In this document: one piece after another, positions 7,602 to 16,958 of the stretch
Numbering within the stretch: position 1 is the stretch's first letter
Layout of the letters: each line of letters begins with the position of its first letter
Made by a program: the position numbers and the translations under genes
Source: a virus
Lineage: Duplodnaviria > Caudoviricetes
Direction: 5' to 3' (one strand)
Length of the DNA: 37,938 nt
Virus record (IMG/VR): IMGVR_UViG_3300030060_004988
Coordinates: 1-37,938 of that record
The notes under the pieces: model-generated
What the model saw: only the letters and a program-made list of their open reading frames with translations
Told to the model about the DNA's origin: nothing
Databases searched by the model: none

Positions 7602-9664
7602 ACAATCTCCCATTCTGATGCACCAACAACCAAAGTGATTGATGAATATAAGACACTTAGGGTTTGACTTGTAGCGCCGTCAATTGTATCGCTTCCTGCT
7701 CGATTAATAGTCACATCATAAGCGGCATCTCCTCGAGCTTGCAACTTGAATCTGATTTGTTGACCATCAGTCAAAGAACTTAAAGCAGGAAGGTTAACAA
7801 CAAATGTTGCACTATCTGCATTGATTGAATAATGATAATCAGCGGCAGGAGTCAACGGACTATGTGAAGCCGTGGTTCTCGCTTGATATGTCAGACCACC
7901 TCCACCGCTTGCTTGGTCCACCCAATCGAGATTTCCCGAACCATCACTTTTAAGTACTTGATCAGCATTTCCATCAGTATTTGGGAAGGTCAAAGTATAA
8001 GAAGCGGCAGCCGAATGAGGAGGACCTTTGAGAGATATACCATGTGAGTTTTGTTCACAGTTTAAAACAATTTGACCAGAACCACTTGTTGCATTTCCTT
8101 TGATTGTAACTTTGCCATTACCATCAGGAGCCAGTTCAATATCACCATTTGAAACACTTATGATGTCTTGACCATTGACATCAAGAGAGCCACCGAGTTG
8201 GGGGCTTGTGTCTTCCACAATATTGGTTGTAAGTCCTGTGAGTTGGGAACCATTGACAGCAGGAAGACCGACCGCATCAAGCAAGACAACGTTACCATTT
8301 GAAGTTCCGTGGTCTTTAACTGCCGCAGTTCCAAGTCCAAGATTGGTTCGTGCTGTCGTTGCATTATTAAGATCACTTAGATTGTTAGCAATAGCGAGTT
8401 TTGTGGCATCCGTTCCGGTGACATTCGTTAATTGAGAACCATTGACAGCAGGAAGACCAACCGCATCAAGTAAAACAAGATCACCATTTGAAGTTCCGTG
8501 GTCTTTGACTGCTGCAGTTCCAAGACCAAGATTCGTTCTTGCTGTTCCTGCATTATTGAGATCACTCAAGTTGTTAGCAATAGCCAACTTTGTGGCATCC
8601 GTTGAAACAATGTTTGTTAATTGGGATCCATCCACAGCAGGGAGCTTTGAAGTTCCATCAAGTTGAACAACGTTATTCGCACTTGTGCCAACGGTTTGAG
8701 TTGCCGCTGTACCAAGACCAAGATTCGTTCTTGCTGTCACTGCATTATTGAGATCACTTAAGTTGCTAGCAATAGCGAGTTTTGTGGCATCTGTTCCTGT
8801 GACTCCTGTGAGCTGTGATCCATCTACAGCAGGGAGACCGACCGCATCAAGCAGGACAACATTTCCATTTGCTGTTCCTGTGCTTTTAGTTGCCGCCGTA
8901 CCAAGACCAAGATTCGTTCTTGCTGTTCCTGCATTATTGAGATCACTTAGGTTGCTAGCAATAGCCAACTTTGTGGCATCCGTTCCGGTGACATTCGTTA
9001 ATTGAGAACCATTGACAGCAGGAAGACCAACCGCATCGAGTAAGACAAGATCACCGTTTGACGTTCCATGATCTTTGACTGCTGCAGTTCCAAGACCAAG
9101 ATTCGTTCTTGCTGTTCCTGCATTATTGAGATCACTCAAGTTGTTAGCAATAGCCAATTTTGTGGCATCCGTCCCTGTGACTCCTGTGAGCTGTGATCCA
9201 TCTACAGCAGGAAGACCAACCGCATCAAGCAGGACAACGTTACCGTTTGACGTTCCATGGTCTTTGACTGCCGCTGTACCAAGACCAAGGTTGGTTCTTG
9301 CCGTTGTTGCATTGTTAAGATCACTAAGGTTTGATGTTATTGCTAAAGCTCCAACATCAGCAGAATCCAATACAACAGGACCGGTTTTAGTATTGACTGA
9401 GACCACTGCATCAGTATTGTCAATCACATCAAACATTGCAGAAGTCACAGGGTTTGCAGAGTCCTGATTGAAAACAATATGATCTCCAACATTAAGGGTT
9501 ACCCCTGCCAACGTGCCAGCAACTGACACAATGTAGAAGTCACCTTTCTTTGCTGTAACTAATGAAGGGCTTGATGTGGTTGCATTGTATGAGCCTTTGT
9601 AAACAAGACCACCAGTGACAGCACCGCCGCCAGTTCCGCGGAATGATTCGAATTTAATACTCAT
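7598..9664 (-). CDS. Long repetitive tail fibre protein
   Basis: Six NLSDL..ARTNLGLG repeats, plus DTSPQLGGSLDVNG and QVLKSDGSGNLDW fibre motifs. Confidence 0.9.
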   Translation of the reverse strand: MSIKFESFRGTGGGAVTGGLVYKGSYNATTSSPSLVTAKKGDFYIVSVAGTLAGVTLNVGDHIVFNQDSANPVTSAMFDVIDNTDAVVSVNTKTGPVVLDSADVGALAITSNLSDLNNATTARTNLGLGTAAVKDHGTSNGNVVLLDAVGLPAVDGSQLTGVTGTDATKLAIANNLSDLNNAGTARTNLGLGTAAVKDHGTSNGDLVLLDAVGLPAVNGSQLTNVTGTDATKLAIASNLSDLNNAGTARTNLGLGTAATKSTGTANGNVVLLDAVGLPAVDGSQLTGVTGTDATKLAIASNLSDLNNAVTARTNLGLGTAATQTVGTSANNVVQLDGTSKLPAVDGSQLTNIVSTDATKLAIANNLSDLNNAGTARTNLGLGTAAVKDHGTSNGDLVLLDAVGLPAVNGSQLTNVTGTDATKLAIANNLSDLNNATTARTNLGLGTAAVKDHGTSNGNVVLLDAVGLPAVNGSQLTGLTTNIVEDTSPQLGGSLDVNGQDIISVSNGDIELAPDGNGKVTIKGNATSGSGQIVLNCEQNSHGISLKGPPHSAAASYTLTFPNTDGNADQVLKSDGSGNLDWVDQASGGGGLTYQARTTASHSPLTPAADYHYSINADSATFVVNLPALSSLTDGQQIRFKLQARGDAAYDVTINRAGSDTIDGATSQTLSVLYSSITLVVGASEWEIV
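8234..9346 (-). repeat. Six tandem coding repeats of about 189 bp (63 aa) in the fibre gene
   Basis: Unit LAIANNLSDLNNAGTARTNLGLGTAAVKDHGTSNG.(V/L)VLLDAVGLPAV(D/N)GSQLT.VTGTDATK. One unit is 64 aa. Confidence 0.95.
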
Positions 9665-9666
9665 AA

Positions 9667-10056
9667 TTAACCTCTATTAAATCCGCAATACACAACAAAT
9701 GAATCTGATGAATCAGCCTTCTTGTATGCAATGCTTGTGATGTTGGAAGATGCAAGAGCTTGACTATCAATCGAGTAAGATGAAAGCAAAGGGATAACTC
9801 CATCAGTGTTAGCAATTCCATCACCAGCACCGGCCGCAGCTCGTAACTTAATAAAAGACACACTTGAAGTATTTGAAGAGTTAGCACCGACAAAAGCGAA
9901 CTTCAAAGAAGCTGTGATTTGTGTGCCTGTGGTAGGATCATAAAAGTCAGCACTTGTCAAAGAGTGCCAATCGGTATCACTGACACTACTGGCATTATAA
10001 GCCCCAATGATTTGGCCTGCTGATATAGGATTTTGAACTGATAATTTATTGCTCAT
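9667..10056 (-). CDS. Hypothetical (probably virion) protein
   Basis: Likely start MSNKLS at 10056. Ser/Ala-rich, beta-type composition, inside the late operon. Confidence 0.65.
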   Translation of the reverse strand: MSNKLSVQNPISAGQIIGAYNASSVSDTDWHSLTSADFYDPTTGTQITASLKFAFVGANSSNTSSVSFIKLRAAAGAGDGIANTDGVIPLLSSYSIDSQALASSNITSIAYKKADSSDSFVVYCGFNRG

Positions 10057-10237
10057 TTGTTTTCTCTTTCTTTTTTGCAACGACGTTTGAACCTGCATAG
10101 ACGAGATACAAAGTATCAATCAGCCCAAGGACTTCAGTTGATGCTTTGTTGAATGCTGACAGTGTGCAAACTGTGATCAATGTTACAAGGAACATGAAGG
10201 ACTTGCGACCTCCAAAAGCTTTAATTAATTTACTCAT
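10046..10237 (-). CDS. Holin candidate
   Basis: 63 aa, GGRK followed by two hydrophobic segments and a charged tail, directly after the endolysin. Confidence 0.7.
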   Translation of the reverse strand: MSKLIKAFGGRKSFMFLVTLITVCTLSAFNKASTEVLGLIDTLYLVYAGSNVVAKKKEKTNEQ

Positions 10238-10904
10238 CAAAGTCCTCATCTCTCAAGCGGTATATATGGGCAACATTAAAAATACTTCTTTTGCGCTTGA
10301 TCACTCCCTCTCTGATGTCGAGGTCTGGACCTGCACCAACTGCATTTCCTTCAATAGTATCAAAGTGTCCATCATCATCAGGAGTACTCAATGCAATGGT
10401 AATATGATTCCCATAGCTTGGGGTTTTTTGGTCTGATGTATACACCACCACAATATCACCTTTTTGAATCTCAGCGACTTTTCTTGATGTGCCTCCCCAT
10501 GCATTATACATTCGATAACATGAAGGGAAGATCTTTTGACGAATGTTAAATATAACCTTGGTATAACACCACGCCGCGAAAGCTCCACACCAAGCGAATT
10601 GACCATTCTTTGTATAGTCATCTTCCCAAGTCCATCCGATACCCTCTCTTGATTTGATGTATAAAGTGATCGGTGCTGAGTGACCACCAAGGCCAGGTTC
10701 AGTAACGTTCTTTTCCCACTCGTCGCAAGCTCTTTGGATGACTTCTCTTACATGATGTGTTTGTTTTGATTCATGGTCAAAGCATCGATCCACATACTGC
10801 AAAGGGTTTAAATCAAGTTGAGCATGGTTGACATCTCGTTTGAGTCTTCTGATCTGATGCTCATAGTCTTCAAGTTTTTTAATTAATTCTGCTTTGGTTG
10901 TCAT
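10230..10904 (-). CDS. CHAP-domain endolysin
   Basis: AWCGAFAAW (catalytic Cys), KGDIVV, GNHITI (catalytic His) and TIEGN. Confidence 0.88.
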   Translation of the reverse strand: MTTKAELIKKLEDYEHQIRRLKRDVNHAQLDLNPLQYVDRCFDHESKQTHHVREVIQRACDEWEKNVTEPGLGGHSAPITLYIKSREGIGWTWEDDYTKNGQFAWCGAFAAWCYTKVIFNIRQKIFPSCYRMYNAWGGTSRKVAEIQKGDIVVVYTSDQKTPSYGNHITIALSTPDDDGHFDTIEGNAVGAGPDLDIREGVIKRKRSIFNVAHIYRLRDEDFDE

Positions 10905-13900
10905 GCGTACTCCTGTGCTTTGTCTGATGATCCAAGGACACCGGCAGCACTTGCAAGGTAAGCATCTTGCTTATGATCTGCTGATGCATTGTTGTAAGTT
11001 GTTGGCTCAAGTGTTCCAAGTGTTGACACTCCATGAGCTGCCGTAAATGTCACGACGGCCCCAACAATTGATTGAATTGTCAATCCTGTGATTGCACCGT
11101 CTTCATTTCCAAATGGTAGAAAGTCAACCACGTCATTCACTGCAAAGAAGGAGGTGTCATCACTGCTAAAAGTATTCGTTGAGACTGTGAGTTCTGTGGA
11201 CGATGTAACAAAAGTCACCTTCAAAGTTGAGTTCCAATTGACAACGCTGATTCCAGTTCTAATAATCTCAAGCTCACATCCTTCACTCATAAGTTCTTGA
11301 TTGATGGATTTAACCATGCCAACTTTGTCAGTGACTCCATATGAATCACCCAAGTCTTTGAGATGTGGCGACGAGCATTTGACGTATGATCCAACTTCAA
11401 GAAAGATTGATTTACCTGTGCCAATTGAGCCGGTCCACAATCTCATTGGATCAGATAATACATTGAATACTCTTGATGCTATTGGAAGGAAGTAATTAAA
11501 AGCATCACCTGCACCCGATCCAACATCAATTGAATTAAGGCCATACAGGTCAATTGTAACTTTGCTTTTCTCTCCACCATATCGATTGATTGATTCTTGA
11601 TTGTTGAATATCACATGTTCCAAGAATTCATTCTGATCATTATCCCAATCAAAGTTGATTTCACATTGTGTTACTATGTCTTCATAGATTGACCACGTTG
11701 GAGAAGGATCTGTCAACCAATCTCCAGCGCTTATCGTTGCAGATACAAATTGATCCAACTCAGTCCCCAATGATTCAAGCGTGATCTTTGGAATACCTGA
11801 TGCACTCCTCTTCATGATCAGAATGCAACCAATGGACTTGAGCAAAGAATCAAAGAAGTCACGAGGATTAAAATCATCAACTGAAAACCCACGGCTCAAC
11901 CATTCAATTTGCCTGCTGCCATTATTCAAGAATGAATCAACGTCTATATCATCCTCATGGATGGACAAACCGAAACCAAGAGTGTCATAAGTTCCATTGT
12001 TACCACCTCCACCACTTTGGAGGATTTTCAACATCATCTCACCAGGGGAAACAAAGTATTCATTGACCCCACGTTTGACAATTGTTCTTTCTTGACCATT
12101 CCAGTCTCCGAAGTGTCCTTGTCTTTCGTTTTCTCTGAATCGTCTTAAGTGGATCAAGAAGCCGGTTGACAATGCTTCTTCATGTGTCGCTTGGAAGTAT
12201 AACGTCTTTGACCTACCAGCAGCATAATCAAATGTTTCAACTTGAATTCCATAAAACACATTGGCAGTTGCTGAGGTTGGAAGGTTTAAAGAACTCTCGC
12301 AAAGAATGCCTGGTTCATTGGCTTGCTTATATGCTGGTGAGATGTTCACATCAGCAAATGAAGAGGTCGATCTTTGATTTGGGAATTCAATGGTTTTTAC
12401 AAGAGTGCTATTTCCTGCATAGTTGGGTTTGCTTCCATCATTCCACCAGTCGAGAGGATAGAACACCCGACGACCGTTGGACAATCTTGATCTTACTTCT
12501 TGGGTTGCGCTTCTCCAATATGCATATCTATAATTTGGGCTTGATCGATACCACGCTGAAGAGTACCAAAGATGGATCCTTCCTTCGTGGGGGGTCCATC
12601 CTCGATGATCCGAAAGTGTTACAGCACGAACTTGATCACCTCGAATTTTGAAGTTGCTGAATGCACCATCAACCCCTTGGTGGGTTGTAATATTATTGAG
12701 AGCTGTGTTGATGACATCCGGCCAACTTTGAAGTGAATCACTTGCAAGCTCAAACCTTTTAATTTCCCCACGGTTCTCAATCTTAGCCACAAGATTACCA
12801 ATGACATTCACAGCATTAATAAGATCCGCTTGGGATGTTGCTCCTGTGATTGCATGACTGACCGTGATTCTTTGGATTGATCCTGCTGTGGCCAAGGCCA
12901 CAGGATAAATCTTTAATCCTGTGGTTGTGATAATCATTGGGTAACGTGGATGGCATAGGGTGGCTTGAGCATCTTGTCCATTTGACAAGCTTGCATCATA
13001 AATTTCTTGAAGTGGGATGCCAGGATACAAGATATCAACATCAGTCTTTGTATTGTCGCTTGAGTTCTGAACCGCATTTGTTAATTGAAGGATATAATCA
13101 TTTCTAAATGCTGAACCGAACTCGAAGACGTTTGACTTATTCTTGAAGAAGTAATGCCGATCTTGAAGGAGGAATGAAGAGGATCCCTTCTGATCACTTA
13201 GCTCAGTATCAAGTAAAGCAGTCAAAGGAATGATTGAAAGATTGATGGTTGATCCATTTTCAACATATGGGGATGACTCGATGAATCCATTAATGACACA
13301 AGTGAAAGCACCAACAACGCCGGTTGAGCTTTGACTAGCTACATATAACTTGCAACGCCGTCCTCTAAAGATTGTGATTTCATCTTCAACAAATGGGATT
13401 GATGAGGTTTGAGCATCGATCCTATGAGATTGAAACTGACTACCACCAACGCCACGGCTTGAGATTGTCATATTGGTTGCTGTGAAAGCTGTGACTTTGA
13501 AAGTCTCTGCACCTATGTGCATAAGTCTAGGAACTGACAACCCAGAAAGATCAGAATCAAGATTGATTGTTTGAGGTAGAGAATTAAACGTGATGTCGGT
13601 TTCAAGATTAGCTCTTGTGATATTATCTGATCTCTTGCCAATTCTACCAAAGACAACACCCGGATCACTTTCAAGATTGTTCTTGAGAATCGATAACTCA
13701 ATTGATACAGCCCCATACTCAGCGACACCACCAACGGGATCAATTGAACTATTGAAGGAGCCGATTGAAACAATGGCTTGAGTGTCATTGTATGCAATAC
13801 CACTCACGACATTTGAATCAAGATTACTATTTGAAGGAGGAATGATTGAGTGATATCGATATTTCAATCCTGCAATCTCAAGCGCAAACACGCGCCGTCC

Positions 13901-13921
13901 TTCATCTCTTGTTATGCTCAT
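10901..13921 (-). CDS. Large tail tip/hub protein
   Basis: 1006 aa, beta-rich, downstream of the tape measure gene. Includes IN.ESI.RYG, typical of tail tip proteins. Confidence 0.7.
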   Translation of the reverse strand: MSITRDEGRRVFALEIAGLKYRYHSIIPPSNSNLDSNVVSGIAYNDTQAIVSIGSFNSSIDPVGGVAEYGAVSIELSILKNNLESDPGVVFGRIGKRSDNITRANLETDITFNSLPQTINLDSDLSGLSVPRLMHIGAETFKVTAFTATNMTISSRGVGGSQFQSHRIDAQTSSIPFVEDEITIFRGRRCKLYVASQSSTGVVGAFTCVINGFIESSPYVENGSTINLSIIPLTALLDTELSDQKGSSSFLLQDRHYFFKNKSNVFEFGSAFRNDYILQLTNAVQNSSDNTKTDVDILYPGIPLQEIYDASLSNGQDAQATLCHPRYPMIITTTGLKIYPVALATAGSIQRITVSHAITGATSQADLINAVNVIGNLVAKIENRGEIKRFELASDSLQSWPDVINTALNNITTHQGVDGAFSNFKIRGDQVRAVTLSDHRGWTPHEGRIHLWYSSAWYRSSPNYRYAYWRSATQEVRSRLSNGRRVFYPLDWWNDGSKPNYAGNSTLVKTIEFPNQRSTSSFADVNISPAYKQANEPGILCESSLNLPTSATANVFYGIQVETFDYAAGRSKTLYFQATHEEALSTGFLIHLRRFRENERQGHFGDWNGQERTIVKRGVNEYFVSPGEMMLKILQSGGGGNNGTYDTLGFGLSIHEDDIDVDSFLNNGSRQIEWLSRGFSVDDFNPRDFFDSLLKSIGCILIMKRSASGIPKITLESLGTELDQFVSATISAGDWLTDPSPTWSIYEDIVTQCEINFDWDNDQNEFLEHVIFNNQESINRYGGEKSKVTIDLYGLNSIDVGSGAGDAFNYFLPIASRVFNVLSDPMRLWTGSIGTGKSIFLEVGSYVKCSSPHLKDLGDSYGVTDKVGMVKSINQELMSEGCELEIIRTGISVVNWNSTLKVTFVTSSTELTVSTNTFSSDDTSFFAVNDVVDFLPFGNEDGAITGLTIQSIVGAVVTFTAAHGVSTLGTLEPTTYNNASADHKQDAYLASAAGVLGSSDKAQEYA

Positions 13922-14622
13922 GATAAATCCGCTCGATAAAGATCAAAGGTTGTGAATGATTTCAACTTGCAATCACTGCATGAGATATTAAAAACCATCC
14001 TCTCACCTCTCGCTTGATATGATCCCACTGTATTGGGAATATATAAAGGACGAGGAGCTTCAGGACTCACATTTGTTGGAACGGCTGAAGGTATAATATA
14101 ACCGGAATCAACCATGAAGTTTTGAGAGTATTGTGTTGATGTCTCTGAAGTGAGCAACATACTATCAGCAGAATTGAATCGAATACCATGATCCACAACC
14201 GCAACTTGTGAATATCCCGAACCCGAGTCAAAGAGCAATCCAATCTCGACATCGATCACAGGAGAAAACTCTGAGCTTCCTGCATCCTGTCCAGTTGTGC
14301 CGCTTTCATATTGTGCAATGATCCCGATCCAATCAGACACAAGGCGAGTTGCTGAAATCAGCTTGTGACTCTCAGTGTACCCTTTGGCAATCCTTCCATC
14401 AGATTCGGCAATCCTCGTATTCATGTAATCTCGACCATTGGCAACATGAGCAAATGCAAATGTTGATCTCATGATTGGATAATTTGTGCGATTCAAAAAC
14501 TTGACATAATTGAGTTGATTCAATGCATTTGACATTGATGATACTGCTGAACCGAAAAGCACTTGGCCATTATTGCAGGAAGACTTTTGAGGTAGTAAGC
14601 TCAGAGCCGTTGAGATTAGCAT
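13918..14622 (-). CDS. Minor tail protein
   Basis: Position in the tail module and translational coupling. GGAG before ATG 14622. Confidence 0.6.
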   Translation of the reverse strand: MLISTALSLLPQKSSCNNGQVLFGSAVSSMSNALNQLNYVKFLNRTNYPIMRSTFAFAHVANGRDYMNTRIAESDGRIAKGYTESHKLISATRLVSDWIGIIAQYESGTTGQDAGSSEFSPVIDVEIGLLFDSGSGYSQVAVVDHGIRFNSADSMLLTSETSTQYSQNFMVDSGYIIPSAVPTNVSPEAPRPLYIPNTVGSYQARGERMVFNISCSDCKLKSFTTFDLYRADLS

Positions 14623-14623
14623 G

Positions 14624-15745
14624 TCATACTCCAATCAGCGTCATTGCAATGATTGTGTTTGCCGTGGCTGTACCACTGGCGGCCGGTGGATATCTTTGAG
14701 ATCTTGCATTGGCAAGCGATACCAAGTTATCTTGATTCTCATTTGTTGCGTCAAATGTCGCTTGATAGTATGGCAGTCTGGTATCTCCAACGGTTGAAAG
14801 CTGTGCATTGTCAATCTCTAAATCGAATACATGCCACCCAATAGTTGTATCACTCGCTTGATTGATGCTCAATGATTGACCAAAGAATGTAAAGTCAACA
14901 TCACCAATTGCTTTGACATGAAGCTCTAACTTATCAAAGCTCAAGTTCTCAAATCCACTTGGTAACAATGGATAAGCAAAAAGAGAATTGATGTCACCAA
15001 CACCAATATATATTTGACTTGAGGCAGCGTCTTCAGCATTGGGATAAAGTGTTGAGCTTGTACTATATACACCCGACCAACTGAGAAGACTTCTGAAGCG
15101 CTTTCTTAACTCACCAATATTATCAATCATGTTGTGAGCAAATCGAGATGTGAATGCATTGTTGACAGTCGTTCGAGTGGTTCCAAATGGAGTCACAAAG
15201 GATGATGCATTATATTGATTCTTTTGGCCTGCTGGTATGGGTGACACAATCCTTTTGAAATATGCCATAACTGAAAAGATTTCAACTTCTGCTCCCGAGT
15301 TGGTTTCAATCTCCATTGTCACAGTTCCATAGTAATGGTTGCCAGCAGGGAAGACAATTACTCCGTTGTTATTTGCAAATGCATTTGTTGTAGAACTAAG
15401 AGCCAAGATTGACGTGACAGTTGTTCCATTGACATCCAATGTAAATCTGATGTTGCAACCCGTCACTGATCCATGGGTTCGATAATTGACAATGTATTCA
15501 ATCTCATCATGATCCAATGAGACGAGAGGCACTCTCCATTCTGCCATTTCAGTATATGAGGAAGCACTTGTGATGAAGCAACGATCAGCAAAGGCTTGAG
15601 ATATTACATTCTCACAATTGCCAGTTGCAAAAGCAAAGTTCACCCCATTGGCCATCCTCTCAGGAGTCGAGAAGGTGACTTGTCTTCCTGCGACGGTTGA
15701 AGCAGGATCGGCAAGGATTGTTGTTGCATTATACGAGTTACTCAT
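14624..15745 (-). CDS. Minor tail protein
   Basis: Position, coupling to neighbours and beta-rich composition. Confidence 0.6.
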   Translation of the reverse strand: MSNSYNATTILADPASTVAGRQVTFSTPERMANGVNFAFATGNCENVISQAFADRCFITSASSYTEMAEWRVPLVSLDHDEIEYIVNYRTHGSVTGCNIRFTLDVNGTTVTSILALSSTTNAFANNNGVIVFPAGNHYYGTVTMEIETNSGAEVEIFSVMAYFKRIVSPIPAGQKNQYNASSFVTPFGTTRTTVNNAFTSRFAHNMIDNIGELRKRFRSLLSWSGVYSTSSTLYPNAEDAASSQIYIGVGDINSLFAYPLLPSGFENLSFDKLELHVKAIGDVDFTFFGQSLSINQASDTTIGWHVFDLEIDNAQLSTVGDTRLPYYQATFDATNENQDNLVSLANARSQRYPPAASGTATANTIIAMTLIGV

Positions 15746-16958
15746 TCAAGTGCTCGATTCTCATGTTGACTGGTACACGTCGCCTCATGTTATTGGGGAA
15801 CATCAAGTTGAATTCTGTGGTGATCATGCAACCTCTGATCCTTCCTTCAAATCCATTTCTTGAGCTGGTGAATACTAAGTCATGAGCAGGCTGAGAGGCA
15901 TTGACATCAGATGATATCAAAGAACGTCTTGAGTCTCCCCATACTTGATAAAAGTTTACACGCTCCCCCTTGGATGCATGATTGATGAACTTATGAATAA
16001 AGTGTTGATATAGGTTTATCAGATCAAGATTAGCGTCAAGATCAAAACCAAGGACAGTCGTTGCATAGGTTCCAACATAGTTGCTTGTATATCCTCCGCC
16101 AATCTTGCGACGTGATTGGCTTACATTCTCGGTGCTCACATGGTTTTGTTGATATGGTCGAGATGGCACAAGGACCGCCTCACATGGATAGGTTGCAGTT
16201 AATACGCTGTATCCGTTAACAGTGGATGCCGCTTCACTTCCTGTGAATCCAAGGAAGTCTCTGATGGTTGTATCGTTCCAAGTTAATGCAGTAAGTCCAA
16301 CACTTGAGTTCACCACATGACCATCATTGTTGATATACCATCGAGTATCTCCACTCGTTGCAGTTACATCAGCACCTTCAAGCGTTCCACTGTTAAGGTC
16401 ATCAATGTCACCATTACCACGTTCACGACAGGCAACAATTAAATCTTGAGCATTACCAATGAAATTAAAATTGAATGCACCTGCTCCCCCGATTTGTTCA
16501 ATGGTGTATGAGAATGCAATGATCTCACCTCGTAACCATTCACCTGGAGAGGTCACCTTGTAAGCTAATAAAGGAGAGCCTATTGTGGCTGATCCACTGT
16601 AGTTGACAAAGGTTGTTCCAATTCCAAAGACATCAGTTGCAAAGTCGGGAGCGCCGGTTGTATTGTATTTTATCTTGAATGTATGAGTTGAGCTGATCTC
16701 AACTTTATCATTTGCATCGATTCCAATGTGCCAATCAGTTCCAAATCCTCCCCCTCCTGCTGATGTCAACAAGAGTGAGTCGGGAAGGTTGATACCGTTG
16801 GCCATACCTCGCCCATTCAAGAAGCTGATCATGTCTTCATAATTGTCTGACCAAGTGCCACTGATGGCAGTGGCTCCACGATTAAAAGGCTTACTGTTAA
16901 TTTGAGATAGATCAGTACTTGCAAGTAAAGCAAAGTTAGGAGAAGGGGATGGATTCAT
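15738..16958 (-). CDS. Distal tail (Dit-position) protein
   Basis: First gene after the tape measure gene, with ATGA overlap. Confidence 0.6.
   Translation of the reverse strand: MNPSPSPNFALLASTDLSQINSKPFNRGATAISGTWSDNYEDMISFLNGRGMANGINLPDSLLLTSAGGGGFGTDWHIGIDANDKVEISSTHTFKIKYNTTGAPDFATDVFGIGTTFVNYSGSATIGSPLLAYKVTSPGEWLRGEIIAFSYTIEQIGGAGAFNFNFIGNAQDLIVACRERGNGDIDDLNSGTLEGADVTATSGDTRWYINNDGHVVNSSVGLTALTWNDTTIRDFLGFTGSEAASTVNGYSVLTATYPCEAVLVPSRPYQQNHVSTENVSQSRRKIGGGYTSNYVGTYATTVLGFDLDANLDLINLYQHFIHKFINHASKGERVNFYQVWGDSRRSLISSDVNASQPAHDLVFTSSRNGFEGRIRGCMITTEFNLMFPNNMRRRVPVNMRIEHLNE

Noticed and set aside
8175-9467. Repetitive plus-strand ORFs opposite the fibre gene
   Set aside because: They are antisense shadows of the repetitive coding strand and have no RBS.
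6317-9664. Diversity-generating retroelement or invertible fibre cassette
   Set aside because: No reverse transcriptase, adenine-specific TR/VR pair, invertase or flanking inverted repeats were seen.
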